Source: Hypanus sabinus | Lineage: Eukaryota | Assembly (NCBI RefSeq): GCF_030144855.1 | Contig: NC_082712.1 | Span: forward strand, 169,260,001-169,324,000 | Length of the DNA stretch: 64,000 bases | Reading direction: 5' to 3' | Shown here: piece after piece, positions 23,730 to 37,637 of the stretch | Numbering within the stretch: the first letter of the stretch is position 1 | How the letters are laid out: each line of letters begins with the position of its first letter | Position numbers and translations under genes: made by a program | Notes under the pieces: generated by a model | The model's database searches: none | What the model saw: only the letters and a program-made list of their open reading frames with translations | What the model was told of the DNA's origin: nothing

Positions 23730-24275
23730 TTACTTGGAGTACTGTGTTCAGTTCTGGTCACCTCACTACAGGAAGGATGTCAATACTATAGAAAGAATGC
23801 AGAGGAGATTGACAAGAAGGTTGCCTGGATTGGAGAGTGTGCCTTATGAGAATAGGTAAGTAAACTTGGCCTTTTCTCCTTGGAGTGACGAAGGATGAGA
23901 GGTGGCCTGATAGAGGTGTATAAGATGATGAGAGGCATTGATCGTGTGGATAGTCAGAGGCTTTTTCCCCAGGGCTGAAATGGATAGCACGAGGAGGCAC
24001 AGTTTTAAGCTGCTTGTAAATAAGTACAGAGGGGATGTCAGGAGTAAGTTTTTCCCTAGAGTGGTGGCACAGCCAACAACGGTGGTAGAGGCAGATACAA
24101 AAGGATTTTTTTTTTTTTTTTTTTTTTAAAGAGTTTTAGATTGGTACATTGAGCTTAGAAAAATAGAGGGCTATGTGGTAGGGAAATTCTAGGCAGTGTC
24201 TAGAGTAGGTTACATGGCTGGCACAACATTGTGGACTGAAGGGCCTGTAATATGCCGTGGATGTCTCTGTTCTAA
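23730..24275 (+). mobile_element. CR1 LINE 3' fragment (representative; further copies at about 4320-4620, 15220-15490, 22075-22420, 24400-25620, 30830-31850, 32878-33290, 34295-35700, 61215-61705)
   Basis: Recurring LEYCVQFWSP / L.RRR.RGDL.EV.KIMRG coding remnants and short tandem 3' tails such as (ctatga)n. Confidence 0.8.
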
Positions 24276-25671
24276 GTTACAAGGAACTACAGAGTAGGTT
24301 CGTACAGACAAGTACTGGAGCTGCCTGATAACTGTGAGGATGGTGTTAACAGGCATAGATATAGTGCTCATCAAGTCAAGAGTCTCAAGAGTGGTACAGT
24401 ACATAAGCGGACCCTATCATCCACCAGAACCAGACTGCTCATCTACATAAATCCCAACTGCCTGCACCAGCTCTGTATCCTCAATGCCTGGTCTATTCAA
24501 GTGCCTTCTAGATGTCTCTTAAACACATTGATAGTACCAACTCCATCACCTCCTAACAGTGAGTTCCAGGTATCAACTATTCTGTGTAAGGAACTTTCTC
24601 TTCAAGTTCCCTTTAAAATCACTTCTTTACTTAAACCTGTGCCCTCTTGTTGATATTTGTATAATGGGAAAACAATCATATTTCTCAAAATTTATGTAAT
24701 CTTAATAGGTCATCCCCAGCTTCCTCCACTCCTGGGAAAACAAAACCAGCCTATGAACTCTCTCCTCATAACCAAAGTTCTCCAATCCAGGCAATATCCT
24801 GATGAATCTTCTCTGCACTCTCTCCAGTAAAACACATCCTTCCTATAGTGTGTTGACCAGACCTGCACACAATATTCCAAGAGTGGCCTACCCAGTGTTT
24901 GTAAAGTTACAACTTAATGACCAACTTCTTTGTCCATGCCCCATCATATGAAGGAAGCTTGCCAGATGTCTTCTTCACCACCGTATCTACCTGGAATGGG
25001 CTGCCGGCAACGGTGGTGGAGGCGGATAAGATAGGGTCTTTTAAGAGATTTTTGGATAGGTACATGTTCGGCACAACTCTGTGGGCCGAAGGGCCTGTAT
25101 TGTGCTGTAGGTTTTCTACGTTTCTATGACACTTTCTGGGAGCAATGAACCCCAAGGTCCCTTTATCAGTTATTCATATGTCCTACTCCTACCTGACTTC
25201 CCATATGTTGGTATTGAATTCCATCTGCCAACACTCCATCTAACTTTCCATCTACGGTAACCTTCTTCACTATCCACAATAACGCCATTGTACTAATCAT
25301 ACCACCTATATTCACCTATTACGTCATTAATAGGTATTAGAAACAACAAGGATCCTGGAACCAATCTCTACAGTACACCACAGGTCACTGACCTCAAATG
25401 TTAAAAGCATCCTTCTACCACTCTCCTGTCTCCCATCAGCTGGCCAGTCTTGGGTTCAATAAGCCAGTGTGGCACGTGCCTTAACCTTGTAAGTCTCTGG
25501 GTCCTTGTCAAATGGCTCATGAAAGTAATCATATTCAATGCCTACAACCATTGCTTCATCAATTTAATTAGCTATTTCCTCAAAGAACTCAATCCTATCA
25601 GTGAGGCAGGACTTCTCCTGCACAAAGCCATTTGGCATTCTGATTTTTAATTTGCAAAGTCACTTTAGAAC

Positions 25672-27790
25672 CTTTTTATTGGTACGTAATCATCAACAGC
25701 TATAAAATGATACAAAACTTTAACAGATTCATATGTATACAATTGATAAAGCTGAAGAGAAAAAAAACTGATCTTGAAATATAAAAATGGAAAAAAAAAT
25801 TATATATAGATAGAAGAAAGAAGGAAAATAAAAGAATCTAACTAAGAAAAAATCCTCCACTAACTACAAAAAAACCCATTAGGAATCAACCCCCCCCCGG
25901 GAGCAATACGTTTGACCTTCATCTAAATATATTAAAAAAAAGTCATCCACCGCCATTTCATATCTATAAAAAAAAATAAAATTGGAAGGAAACCGTATAA
26001 CTTAATTCAAATTAAATGATAATATTTGGCAAAAGAACCCCATTTTCTCTCAAAATCAAATCGAGGATCAAAAGTTCTACTTCAAATTTTTTCCAAACCA
26101 AAACATAACATCACTTGAGAAAACCATTCAATTAATGTAAGGGAAGAAATATCTTTCCATTTTAATAAAATAGCTTTTCTTGCCAGCAGTGTAACAAATT
26201 AATTACATGTTGATCTGAAGATGAGATACCCTGAATATGATGCAGAACTATTCCAAATAGAACAATCTATTAGGTTATAAATTAATTTTCAAAGCTTTAG
26301 AAATTGTAGAAAATAAAGATTTCCAAAATGATTTTAATGAAGAACATGACCAGAACATATGTGACGAAGTACCTACTTTAGTTTTACATCTATCGCAATA
26401 GTTATCTATACTAGGAAATATTTTAGACAGTCTCTCCTTTGTTAAGTAATAATGGTGTACAATTTTAAATTGAATTAAACAATGGTTGGCACATACAGAA
26501 GAAGGATTTACGTTTTTCAAAACTCGAAGCCAATCTTCATTAACAAAGGTCATATTAAGTTCTCTCTCCCAATCTTGTTTAATCTTTAGTGATAGGTTCT
26601 CTTTTTGTAACAAAAATAAATTACAAATTCTGCTAATGGAATCTTTCACTAAGGGATTCAATTTCAAAATGGTATCCAACAAATCAGATTCTTGTAAATA
26701 TGGAAACTTTGGTAAATATTGTCATAAAAAAGTCTAACCTGAAAATATTGCAAAAAATGTGTATGAGCAAGAGAAAATAATTAATTCCTCAAAAGTCATC
26801 AATCGACCATCACAAAATAAATCTGTAAAAGAATGAATTCCTTTATTTTTCCATAAAAGAAAAATGGGGTCAGTTGTTGAAGGTTTAAATAAAAAGTTCT
26901 GATATAAAAAACTAGTTAACTTAAAATGTTTAAGATTAAAAGAATTACGGAACTGAACCCAAATCAGTAGGGATTGTTTAATAACTGGATCGAGATTTAA
27001 ATTTGGAATTTTAGAGAGCTGTAAAGGTAATGGAGCCCCTAAAATTGAAGTTAAATGAAATTGTTTAAACAGCTTTTAATTCCAAATCAACCCATAATGG
27101 TTTTTGACTCTTATCAAGCCAATATAACCAAAAACATAATGGTCTAATATTCACAGCCCAACAATAGTCTTAAATTAGGAAGTGCAAGTCCACCATCTTT
27201 TTTAAATTTTTGTAATGATACTGATTAATTCTAGGTCTCTTATTGTTCCAAATAAAAGAAATAATAAGAGTCAATTTGATCAAAAAAATTGAGTTAAAAA
27301 GATAGGTATATTTTGGAAAATATTTAAAAATCTGGGCAAAATCATAATTTTCACAGCATGAATACAACTTATTAAAGAAAAAGTAAGTGGATTCCATCTA
27401 GAAAATAGTTGTTTCATGGAGTCCATTAGAGGAACTATATTCGCTTTATAGAGATCTTTATATTTTTTTTAGTAATTATACCTACATATCTAAATGTATT
27501 AACAATTCTAAAAGGAATATCATTATATATACTAACATGAACATTTAATGGAAACAATTCACTTTTATTCAAGTTAAGTTTATATCCTGAAAATTTACCA
27601 AAATCTTTCAAGTGTTTCCAAAAGATTAGGAATTGATTCCTCAAGATTTGAAATAAAAACCAAAAGATCATCTGCATAAAGAGAAATCTTATGTATGGTT
27701 CCATTCATAGAGATACCATGAATATTTTTAGCTTCACGTAGTGTTTTAGCTAAAGGCTCCAATACAAGATTAAATAATAAAGGACTGCAG
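25672..27790 (-). mobile_element. 5'-truncated L1-clade LINE (ORF2 RT and C-terminal zinc finger, 3' UTR)
   Basis: PLLFNLVLEPLA, KISLYADDLL, FGKFSGYKLNLNKSE, CDRC...HMFWSC. AATAAA at the 3' end. Confidence 0.9.
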
Positions 27791-29305
27791 GTCAACTCTG
27801 TTATGTTCTTAATTGCTGGCATTTTCTCTGTAGGACTGATTCCACGGATGGGCATCTAAAAAGGTGAAAGTTGAGGAATCTGGATCCCAACTCTCATTAT
27901 CAAAGTTGCCAAAGGCAAAGCATGCCCAACAAAACTGGCTGATTTTGTAAATCAAAGCTCATATCACTTACTTCTGCTCTCTCTTCTTCAAATACCGGAA
28001 TAGTTCATTCACACAAATACCTCTTCCCGAAAAATTGTTAAAAAAGTGTTAAAATTTTCTCATTCAATAACATCTACTAAAAATGAACAGTGGTCCTATA
28101 TTTCATCCCAGTCCAACATACCATAGATGTAACATCTTGATACATCACAATGCACAAACCTTCCACTTAAATTATCTGACCACCCTAGAGGTTAAAAGTT
28201 AAGCTTAATGGAGGTACGGGCGGCAGGAATATGAAAACAACAAACTACTGGAGGAATTTAGTGGATCAAGAAGCATCTGTGTGGGGTGAGAGAGGAAAAC
28301 TGTTGAAACTTCCAGTCAAAACTCTGCACAAGGCATTCTCCAACTAAGACTCAAAACTCTGAGAAATAAAAAAAGGTCTCGAAGGTCATCCAGGCAGTGA
28401 ATTTCAAATTTTGGTATGAGGTGATGTATTCCCAAGTCAAAATTTCTGTGCAATTCTCATTTGAAGCAAATGAACAAATTAGAACCCTCTGTCAGAACTG
28501 GCTGGCTGTTCCATAGATCCAGTGTTCTATGGAAGAGATCTCTTTTTTGACTGAACAAATGATACCTGAGGCTGCGCAACATAAAATTGTGATCTATGCT
28601 TTCGCAGGTTCCAAACTCTCAGCTACCTGGTGTGTCCATTCAAAGTCAGAAATCCGCCCGTTGACCTTGGTCTGGCAAGACACTGAATTGTCAATGTCCC
28701 AGTTTCAAATACTGGTCCCTGAACTGATTTCAAGAGTTTGGTCTCTGGTCTCATCACAATCACAAGTCTCAGCAATTGTAGTCCAGCTCCATGTCACTGG
28801 TTAGTTTTTGGTACAACATAAGGTTTGTCTTGTTTCCTTTTCTATCGTGCCCTCAACTGAAAACTATTTTTTTCGGATATATGTACTTGAAACTTCTCTC
28901 ATTCTCTGGTTCATGACCCAAGGCTGTTTCTCTGTCATCTTAAGCTGTTCACTTCAGCCACTAAAAATGTTCTTTTCTGCAGTTACTTACAACCATAGAG
29001 TAATAGTTTGGAAACAGACATGCCAAACTCATCCATGCCCAGCTAAGCAAGTCCCATTCACCCATATTTGGCATGTATCCCTCTAAACCAAGGGTTCCCA
29101 ATCTGGAGTCTACAGACCCCTTGGTTAACGGTAGGGTTCCATTGCATAATAAAAATTGTAAACTTCTGCTCCAAGCCTTTTCTATCAACATTTGCCATAA
29201 ACAAGTTTATTTCGCCTCTAAAGTCAATCACTTAAAAGCAGTCATGTTTCCAAATTGATGGAACTTTTAGCATTTGAGACAGTCCATCCTGTAATTTGGA
29301 CTCAC

Positions 29306-29403
29306 CTTCTCCGCAGTTCGTTCAACTCCAAGTTGTCGATTTCCACTATAATACTGGCACGCTCCTGTGGAGCTCCGGGTGGAACATCCTCACTCGTCTC
29401 ATG
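29306..29403 (-). CDS. GOLGB1: GOLGB1 coding exon: HETSEDVPPGAPQERASIIVEIDNLELNELR(R)
   Basis: Acceptor ttttctatgttgcag, donor gtgagt. 98 nt, phase 0 to 2. Contains the giantin-like PPGAPQE motif. Confidence 0.92.
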
Positions 29404-29656
29404 CTGCAACATAGAAAAGGTGAGACTCAAACTTCAATTAATCCTTGCTTCATCTGCATGGTCACAGTCACCATTCAAACTTGCACTGAGTAGAAACAAT
29501 TAATGTTGCCGTTAGTCAGCCCCAAAGCTAGGAAGCAGAATTCAGCATTTCTGACTTCTTCCTTGAATACTCTACAATGCAAATTAAAAGTGATCTGAAA
29601 ATATATTTAAATTTAATCCATGAAAGAATGCCATTGGAAAATGGATAAAGAGTAAG

Positions 29657-30650
29657 GAATTGAATTGAATTGACTATTACTTATATCCTTCATATACATG
29701 AAGAGTAAAAATCTTTATGTTACGTCTCTGGCTAAATGTGCAATTTATAGTCATTTGCAATAAATACTATGTACAACAGGACAGTCAATATTCCATAGAA
29801 ATACAATTGTATCAGTGTGAATTAATCAGTCTGATGGCCTGGTGGAAAAAGCTGTCCTGGAGCCTGCTGGTCCTGACTTTTATGCTGCAGTATCGTTTCC
29901 CGGATGATAGCAGTTGGAAGAGTTTGTGGTTGGGGTGACTTCAGGCTCTTTTTACACACCTGTCTCTGTAAATGTCCCGAATAGTGGGAAGTTCACATAC
30001 ACAGATGCACCGGGCTGTCCACACCACTCTCTGCAGCATCCTGCAATTGAAGGAAGTAGTTGCCATACCAGGCAGTGATGCAGCCAGTCAGTGATGCCTC
30101 TGTAGAAAGTTCTTAGAATTTGGGGAGCCATACCAAACTTCTTCAGCCACCTGGTGAAACAAGCACTGTTGTGCTTTTTTCACCACACAGCCAGTATGTA
30201 CAGACCACGTGAGATCCTCAGTGATGTTTACACTGAGGAACTTAAAGCTGTTCACCCTCTCAACCCCAGATCCATTGAAGTCAATAGGGGTTAGCCTGTC
30301 TCCTTTCCTCCTGTAGTCCACAACCAGCTCCATTGTTTTTACAACAGCGAGGGAGAGGCTGTTCTCTTGACGTCACTGTGTCAGAGTGATGACTTCTCTG
30401 TAGACTGCCTCGTTATTATTTGAGATTAGGCCAACCAATATAGAATCGTCGGCAAATTTAATTAGCGGATTGGAGCTATGAGTGGCAACACAGTCATGGG
30501 TATACAGAGAGTAAAGGAGGGGGCTTGGGACACATCCCTGAGAAGCGCCTGTGTTGAGGGTCAGAGGGGCAGAGGTGAAGGAGCACAGACAGGAAGTCCA
30601 GAATCTAGCTGCACAAGACAGGTTGAAAGCCGAGGTTTCTGAGCTTACTA
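29657..30650 (-). mobile_element. Rex1/Babar LINE fragment
   Basis: ELVVDYRR...VERVNSFKFL...DLTWS.H...VVKKAQQ.LF, with an (attca)n tail at 29657-29672. Confidence 0.82.
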
Positions 30651-31963
30651 ACCCTAATACTTCTTTGAAATGCAGGAAGAAATGAGAGCACTCAGAGGAA
30701 GCCTACTTGATCATGGGAAGAAAGTACAAGCTCCTTACAGTCAGTATCGGGAATTGAATCTTGATCTTACAGCTGGCCCTGCAAAGTATTACACAGCCAT
30801 TATACTACCATGGCCCCCGATACAGAAGATGCAGTAAAGGTCACATGGATGTTGCCTTGACTAGAGGGCTTGAATTATTAAGAGAGGCTGGCTAGTTTGA
30901 GACCGTACACCTTGTGCAATGACCTTGGAGGTTTTTAAACCAAGAGGAGCACAGATAAGGTCTTTGTCTCAGGTAAAACTAGAGGTCATATATTCATGAT
31001 GAGAAGGGAAAGATATAAAGTAAACTAAGGGGCAACATTTTCCATACAGATGGTGGTGAGTTTATGGAACCAGCTGCCAGAGTAAGCGGTAGCATATAGA
31101 AAATAATAGCACAGTACAAGCCCTTCAACCAACAATGTAATGCCAACATCTTCACCTACTCTAAGATCAATAAAACCTTTTCCTTCTACATAGCCCTGCA
31201 TTTTTCTATCATCCATGTCCTTTTCTAAGAGATATAACACTGAGCATCATAGGAAGTCATTCCTACCTGTGGCCATCAAACTTTACAACTCCTCCCTGGC
31301 AGTGTCAGACACCCTGAGTCAATAGGCTGGTCCTGGACTTATTTCCTCTTGACATGATTAACTTATTATTATTTAATTATTTATTGTTTCATGTTGCTAT
31401 ATTTCTTCACTATTCTTGGTTGGTGTGGCTGTAACAAAACCCAATTTCCCTCGGGATCAATAAAGTATGTCTGTATCTTAAGTGACCCTAATATATCTGC
31501 CTCTACTACCTCTGGCTCCATGCACCCACCAATCTGTGTAAATAAAAACCTGACATATCACTCTATTCTTTTTTCCAATCACCTTAAAATTATGCACCCT
31601 TGTATCAGCCATTTCCACCCTGGGAAAAAGTCTCTTGGCTGTCAGCTCGAGCTATGCCTCTTATCATTTTATATATGACTATAGAAATGGGTACAATAAC
31701 AATGTTCAAAACCTATTTGGACAGGTCCACAATGAAAAGACTTAGAGGGATACAGGCCAAATGCAAGCAAAAGGGACTAGCTGGGGAAGGCATCGTGGTT
31801 AGCATGGACCAGTTGGACTAGAGGGCCTTTTACATGCTCGATAACTCTATGACTAAATCCTATTTTTTGAGTTTTGTTTATATACCTTTCCTTCCCTTGG
31901 GTATTTTAAGAAAAACTAGGTGAAAATAAAAGGAAAAGTAACCTGACAGTTGACCGAACTCAC

Positions 31964-32128
31964 CTGCCCTTCATGCTGGAAAGATGAGCGCAGTGCTTGG
32001 TATTGTCTTTCCAGGCTGTAGTAGCGATTTTGTAGATCCCCATAACGCACCTGCGTGTCACGCAGAGTCTGAGACACTGTTTTCAGCTGGCTTGTTAATG
32101 CCGATCTATCTTCAATGCATTGCACAAC
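31964..32128 (-). CDS. GOLGB1: GOLGB1 coding exon: VVQCIEDRSALTSQLKTVSQTLRDTQVRYGDLQNRYYSLERQYQALRSSFQHEGQ
   Basis: Acceptor ggcatag, donor gtgagt. 165 nt, phase 0 to 0. Separated from the previous exon by a 108-nt intron. Confidence 0.9.
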
Positions 32129-32236
32129 CTATGCCAGCCAATGAGTAAAGAATTGTAAGAGCTAATTACTTCATGGAAACCCTGTGAGGAACTGGCAATC
32201 GTATTAAGACTAGCATGATCTTCACATCCATATTAC

Positions 32237-32389
32237 CTTGCTGCTCAGCTGTTGAAACTGTAGTTCTTTCTGATGAATTTCCTGTAGGTAACCCTGAGCT
32301 TCAGTCTGAAGTTGTTTATTTTCTGCCACCAGAGCCTTGACTTGTTCAGCAACGTTTTCAATACCCAGTAAAGATACGGTTTCTAATGG
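32237..32389 (-). CDS. GOLGB1: GOLGB1 coding exon: PLETVSLLGIENVAEQVKALVAENKQLQTEAQGYLQEIHQKELQFQQLSSK
   Basis: Acceptor acattttag, donor gtaata. 153 nt, phase 0 to 0. Confidence 0.9.
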
Positions 32390-35300
32390 CTAAAATGTAA
32401 ACAAAAAGATTTTAAAAGCTTGAATGCATACATACACTGGCAGATCTCAAAAACACACACGTCTTCCTCAGGCTATAGCAAGGCATCACCCCTGTCAAAT
32501 ATTCCTAAGTGCACAGGTAGAATGACCAAAAGGTCAAAGACCAGAATTGGTGAGTCTGGAGGTAGTGGGCAAGTCCAGGCTAGAGACTGGAGGCTACAGG
32601 CCCCACGCAGTAATTGTCAAAGTCTGGGCCAGAGACTGAAGGTTGGAGATCCATGTCTACGAGCTTGAGACATCCAAGGACTGGATGTACTTGGCAGGTG
32701 GTATCTGCATCAGACTTCGAGGCCAGTGGTCCCGGGTTTGATTCCAGCCAGTACCTTGCATGCTTTCCATCTGTGCTGGGCTGAGCATCGAGCTTGCAAC
32801 TCAGCCTCATAAAAGCCAGACAAAAATGCTAAAGAAATGGCAAGGTTGCCACCTGATGTGCCACAAGACGCAGAATAACCATATAACAACTACAGCACAG
32901 AAATAGGCCATCTCGGCCCTTCTAGTCCGTGCCGAATGCTTACTCTCACCTAGTCCTACCTACCTGCACTCAGCCCATAACCCTCCATTCCCTTCCTGTC
33001 CATATAACTATCCAATTTTTTTTTAAATGATAAAATCGAACCTGCCTCTACCACTTCTACTGGAAGCTCGTTCCACACAGCTACCACTGTCTGAGTAAAG
33101 AAGTTGCCCCCAAACTTTTGCCCCTTAGCTCTCAACTCATGTCCTCTTAAATTTGAATCTCCTTTACTCTCAATGGAAAAAGCCTATCCACGTCAACTCC
33201 AGCTATCCCCCTTATAATTTTAAATACCTCTATCAAGTCCCCCCTCAACCTTCTAAGCTCCAAAGAATAAAGACCTAACTTGTTCAAATGGAACAATAAT
33301 GGACCAGGTGTAGCCTGTCCTGGAGTCATGCTTTGCTCTTCCGTTGTTACAGCTATTTGTATTGTTCTGTGTTTTGTTGGTGTTGGGTTGAACATTGTGG
33401 TCAAACTTTGTTGGTGCTGGACTGTGTGGTGACACTTGCGTGCTGCCCCTGGCACATTCTTAGGTGTGTTGGTTGTTAACTCTAATGTACACATGATGAA
33501 TAAATCTATATCTGTATCTATATGGTAAATATGGCTAGGAACTGAATTCCCAACGGGGAGGAGAAGCTTGCACCTCTGCAGCAGGTGGGAAATCCATCCC
33601 AGCAGTCTCCCAAACACTAGATTTTGTGTACAGGCTGTACACAAATCATGTGTAGGTAAATCTAAACAGGACCTGTATTAATCTTGTTAAATATTTTCCA
33701 TCCTAGACAAATACTCCCATAAACTATGAATTAGAAATAATATCAAAACCATTTTATAAGTGGAAAATATAATCACCTTTGACTCAGATCCTGGGGAAAA
33801 AAATCAATTTCTTTTTACACAAAAACAGAACTCTTAATTTTATTGAAATAGATTCTGATAATTAAAGTGTCATCAATGCAATAACATTGCAGTTTGTTAT
33901 TTACAATTGGGAGTTTCATTTAAACAGACAAGATGGCACAAGGGAATTATGACTTATGTAATTATAATCATACATAAGTAATTCTGCATTTTTGGAAATT
34001 CATTGAACTAAGCTGCATTTAGATGAAGTTGTAATGTTGAAATAAGTGTGACCTGCCACTTATCAGCTTGATACAGAACAAATTCATTAACTAAATGCCA
34101 GTTTCCAATGTAAAGGGAAACCTGGCCCACGACGACATCAGCAGTGAGCTGAGGGGGTGGGAAGTGAAATGGAATCAGACTTAACAGTAGGTACATATGT
34201 AACATATATAATTTATGTTAATTTAAGCTCATAATATTTATGTTGTCATGTCTGTAATGTGCTGTGCTGCTGTTACAAAAAGCTAATTTTAAACCACAAG
34301 AGGATAAGACATTGGATCAGAATTAGGCCAATCAACCCATTGGATCTGTTTTGCCATTCCATCATGGCTGATTTATTATCCTTCTCAACCCAATTCTCCT
34401 ATCTTCTCCCCAAATCCTTTGATACTTTCAATAACCAAGAACATATCAAGCCTCACTTTAAATATACTCAATAACTTAACTCCATTGCACTCTGTGCCAA
34501 TAAATTCCATAGATACGCCATCCTCTAGCCAAGGGGTGACTTTTATACCCAAGGTAATGATGCCATTGCAATAAACCTGAACTTAAGATGGGCTAGCAAA
34601 TCAACAACCAAGGAGGAAAGTACAGGAGAAGGCTTAAGGGAAAGGAAGACAACTTAAAAACTAAGGGGAGAGATAGTGATGGTGGGGGGAAATCAATTAA
34701 GAAAAAGGTGCATGTAAAAGTGGCATACTGGGTGCAGGCCCCACGGGAGAGAGGATCAAAAGCGAGGAACAATGCATGATAGGTGTATGGTTTTCAAATG
34801 GTACACTCTTCCCTTCACATTTAGATAGAGACTTTACAACATTCTTTATGGTGAAGCCCAAGCTGCATGCAAACCCAATTTTATACAGAACTTAAAACAG
34901 ATTGTAAATGCCCATTGAAAGTCCACTCAGATTTCTGTCAGGTTCTGGATGTCTTTAAAACCGTAAGACATAGAAGCTTAACTAGGCCATTTGGCCCATC
35001 GTGCCTGCTCCGTCATTCAATCGTGACTGATCCTTTTTTCCCCTCCTCAGTCCCACCTCCCAGCCTTCTCCCCATAACCTTTGATGCCGTGGCCAATAAA
35101 GACCATCAATCTCCACCTGAATACACCCAACATCCCTCCACAGTTGCCTGAGGTAACAAATTCCACAAATTCACTATCCTCTGGCTAAAGGAATTTCCTT
35201 GCATCTGTTTTAAGACCATAAGACATAGGAGCAGAATTAAGCCACCTGGCACATCAAGCCAGCTCCATCATTCAATCAAGGCTGATCCTTTTTTCTCATC

Positions 35301-36172
35301 TCTCCCTCAACTCCAGTTCCCGGCCTTTTCCCCCTAACCTTTGATGCCATGTTCAATCAAGAACCTATCTATCTCTGCCTTAAATACATCCAACAACCTG
35401 GCCTCCACAGCTGCATGTGCAACAAATTCCACAAATTCACCACCCTTTGGCTAAAGAAATTTCTCCGCATCTCTGTTTTGACAGGGCGCCCCTCTATCCT
35501 GAGGCTGTTCCCTCATCCTAGACTCTCCCACATCCTTTCCACGTCTCTTCTGTCTAAGCCTTTCAACATATGAAAGATTTTAATGAGATCACCCCCTCAT
35601 CCTTCTGAATTCCTGCGAGTACAGGCCCAGAGACATCAAAAGTTCCTCAGATGATTGCCCTTTCATTCCTGGATTCATCCTTGTGAACCTCCTCTGACCA
35701 TCGTGGCCTGTGACACAAAAGAAATCACACCCTCCTTCTCTGGTGAAGGCAGAGGATGATGTTCACTCATGCGCATTGCATTCCTCAACATCATGACCCA
35801 CCAAATAAAGGGGTAAGAACAGACATCACATACTCAATATGAAGTGACGGATACTAAATGTCAGAATGGATAGGAGATCCAACAGATTTTGCCAGATCTC
35901 CTTAGAGATGAACAAATTCAGAATTGTTTTAACTCCTACACCAGCATTCAATGATACTCAAATATATATTTTGACTTAAAACGCAGATGGGATTGAATTA
36001 ATAACTGTAATGACTGAGATTCTGAAATTGCTGTTGAGTCATCTTTTGATTTAACTTTTACTGGGAGAATGGGTACAATAACAGTGAATCTGGAAACCAT
36101 GAGGGGAGGAAAAAGACAGTACTGTGCAGGTGATAATACTACTCCTGAAAGTCTCATTTATGAAATGTTTAC

Positions 36173-36332
36173 CTTCATCTGGTGCATACCACTAATGTTT
36201 CCCAATTCACCAGTCCACATTTCTTGATTCAGTTTCCTCAGTTCTGCAATCTGTCTGTCTCTGTCTGCCACTGTTGCAAGATACTGCTCTTTAATGGCCT
36301 GAGACTCTGAGAGCAGTAAATTCTTCTCTGAC
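36173..36332 (-). CDS. GOLGB1: GOLGB1 coding exon: SEKNLLLSESQAIKEQYLATVADRDRQIAELRKLNQEMWTGELGNISGMHQMK
   Basis: Acceptor tgttttag, donor gtaaac. 160 nt, phase 2 to 0. Confidence 0.9.
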
Positions 36333-37151
36333 CTAAAACAACAGAACCAATTTTATCATTAGTCTTTTACACCAAATGTCAAAACCATATACAACGCCCA
36401 ACTGAGCAATGATCAACTAATTTCACAAGTTAGTTAAGAACGTGCATTGATGGACTTGAAGGAAAATAAAGACTGTACAATATCATTGCAAAAGCACAAA
36501 CTCTTTTCCATAGATGCTGCCAGGCCTACTGAGTTCCTCCAGCATTTTGTGTGTGTGTGTGTGTGTGTGGGGCTTGGATTTTCAGCATCTGCAGATTTTC
36601 ACTTGTCTGTGATTGGTCTATTTGTGACTCCACACACATAATTTGATGAACTCCCTCTGAAATGTTATAGCAATCACTCAATTGCCATCACCACATTCTT
36701 AAGAGCACCAAATGCTAACACTGTTGAGATGATCACATCCCTTCACAGGGTAAAATGAAAATATAAACAAGCAAATTGTTTATGTATGTAAACATTTTCT
36801 TATATTATGCAATTCAGCCCATCAAGTCAGTGCCAACTCTCCCAGCAATCCAAAGTTTCATATATTTACTTTTTTTTCCACTCACAGGCTCATCAACAAA
36901 TTCTCTTGTCATTCACCTACCCTAGAGATAACTTAGCCAATGTTTCTATCGTTGGGATGTCGGAGGAAAGGGAACCAATGCAATCACAGAGAGACTGTGC
37001 AAATTCTACACGATCAGCACCTGAGGTCAGGTTGCTGAAACTATGCAACAGAAGTACTAACCATGTGCAGTTACAGGTAGCAAACATGATTCAGTCTAAA
37101 GCAATGCCAATTACAGCTGGTGTTGAAGGACTACTCCATTCAGTATTATGC

Positions 37152-37637
37152 ACTCAGTGGCCATTTTATTACGTACCTCTTGTACCAAATAAAGTGCCCA
37201 CTAAGTGCGTGTTTGTGGTCCTCTCCTGCTGTAGCTCACCCATTTCAAGGTCTGATGTGTAGTGCGTTCAGAGAAGTTCTTCTGCACACCACTGTAGTTA
37301 CACGTGGTTATTTGAGTTACTATTGCCTTCCTGTCAGCTTGAACTAGTCTGACCATTTTTCTTTGACCTCTCTCATTAACAAGATATTTTTTGCCTTCAG
37401 AAATGCCACTCACTAGATTTTTTTTTTGTTTTTCACATCATTCTCTGTAAACCCTAGAGATTGTTGTGTGTGAAAATCCCAGGAAATCAGCAGCTTCTGA
37501 AGTGCTCAAATCACTTTTCTTCCCCATTTGGTTCTTTGGTTTGAACAACAAATGAATATCCTGACCATGTCTGCATGCTTTTATGCACTGAGCTGCTGCC
37601 ACATGATTAGTGTACTAAATAAATTGGCCACTGATTG
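37152..37637. mobile_element. Tc1-derived MITE (related fragment at about 16625-16890)
   Basis: Termini cactcagtggcca.tttatt..gtac ... gtactaaataaattggccactgattg. Confidence 0.7.

Noticed and set aside
32690-32760. tRNA gene
   Set aside because: A B-box-like GGTTTGATTCC is present, but I see no clean cloverleaf and it continues into repeat-like body sequence. It is more likely a tRNA-derived SINE head.
34295-35700. Repeated similar segments resembling an array or segmental duplication
   Set aside because: They are separate diverged CR1 3' ends. There is no constant repeat-spacer structure, so this is not a CRISPR array or satellite.
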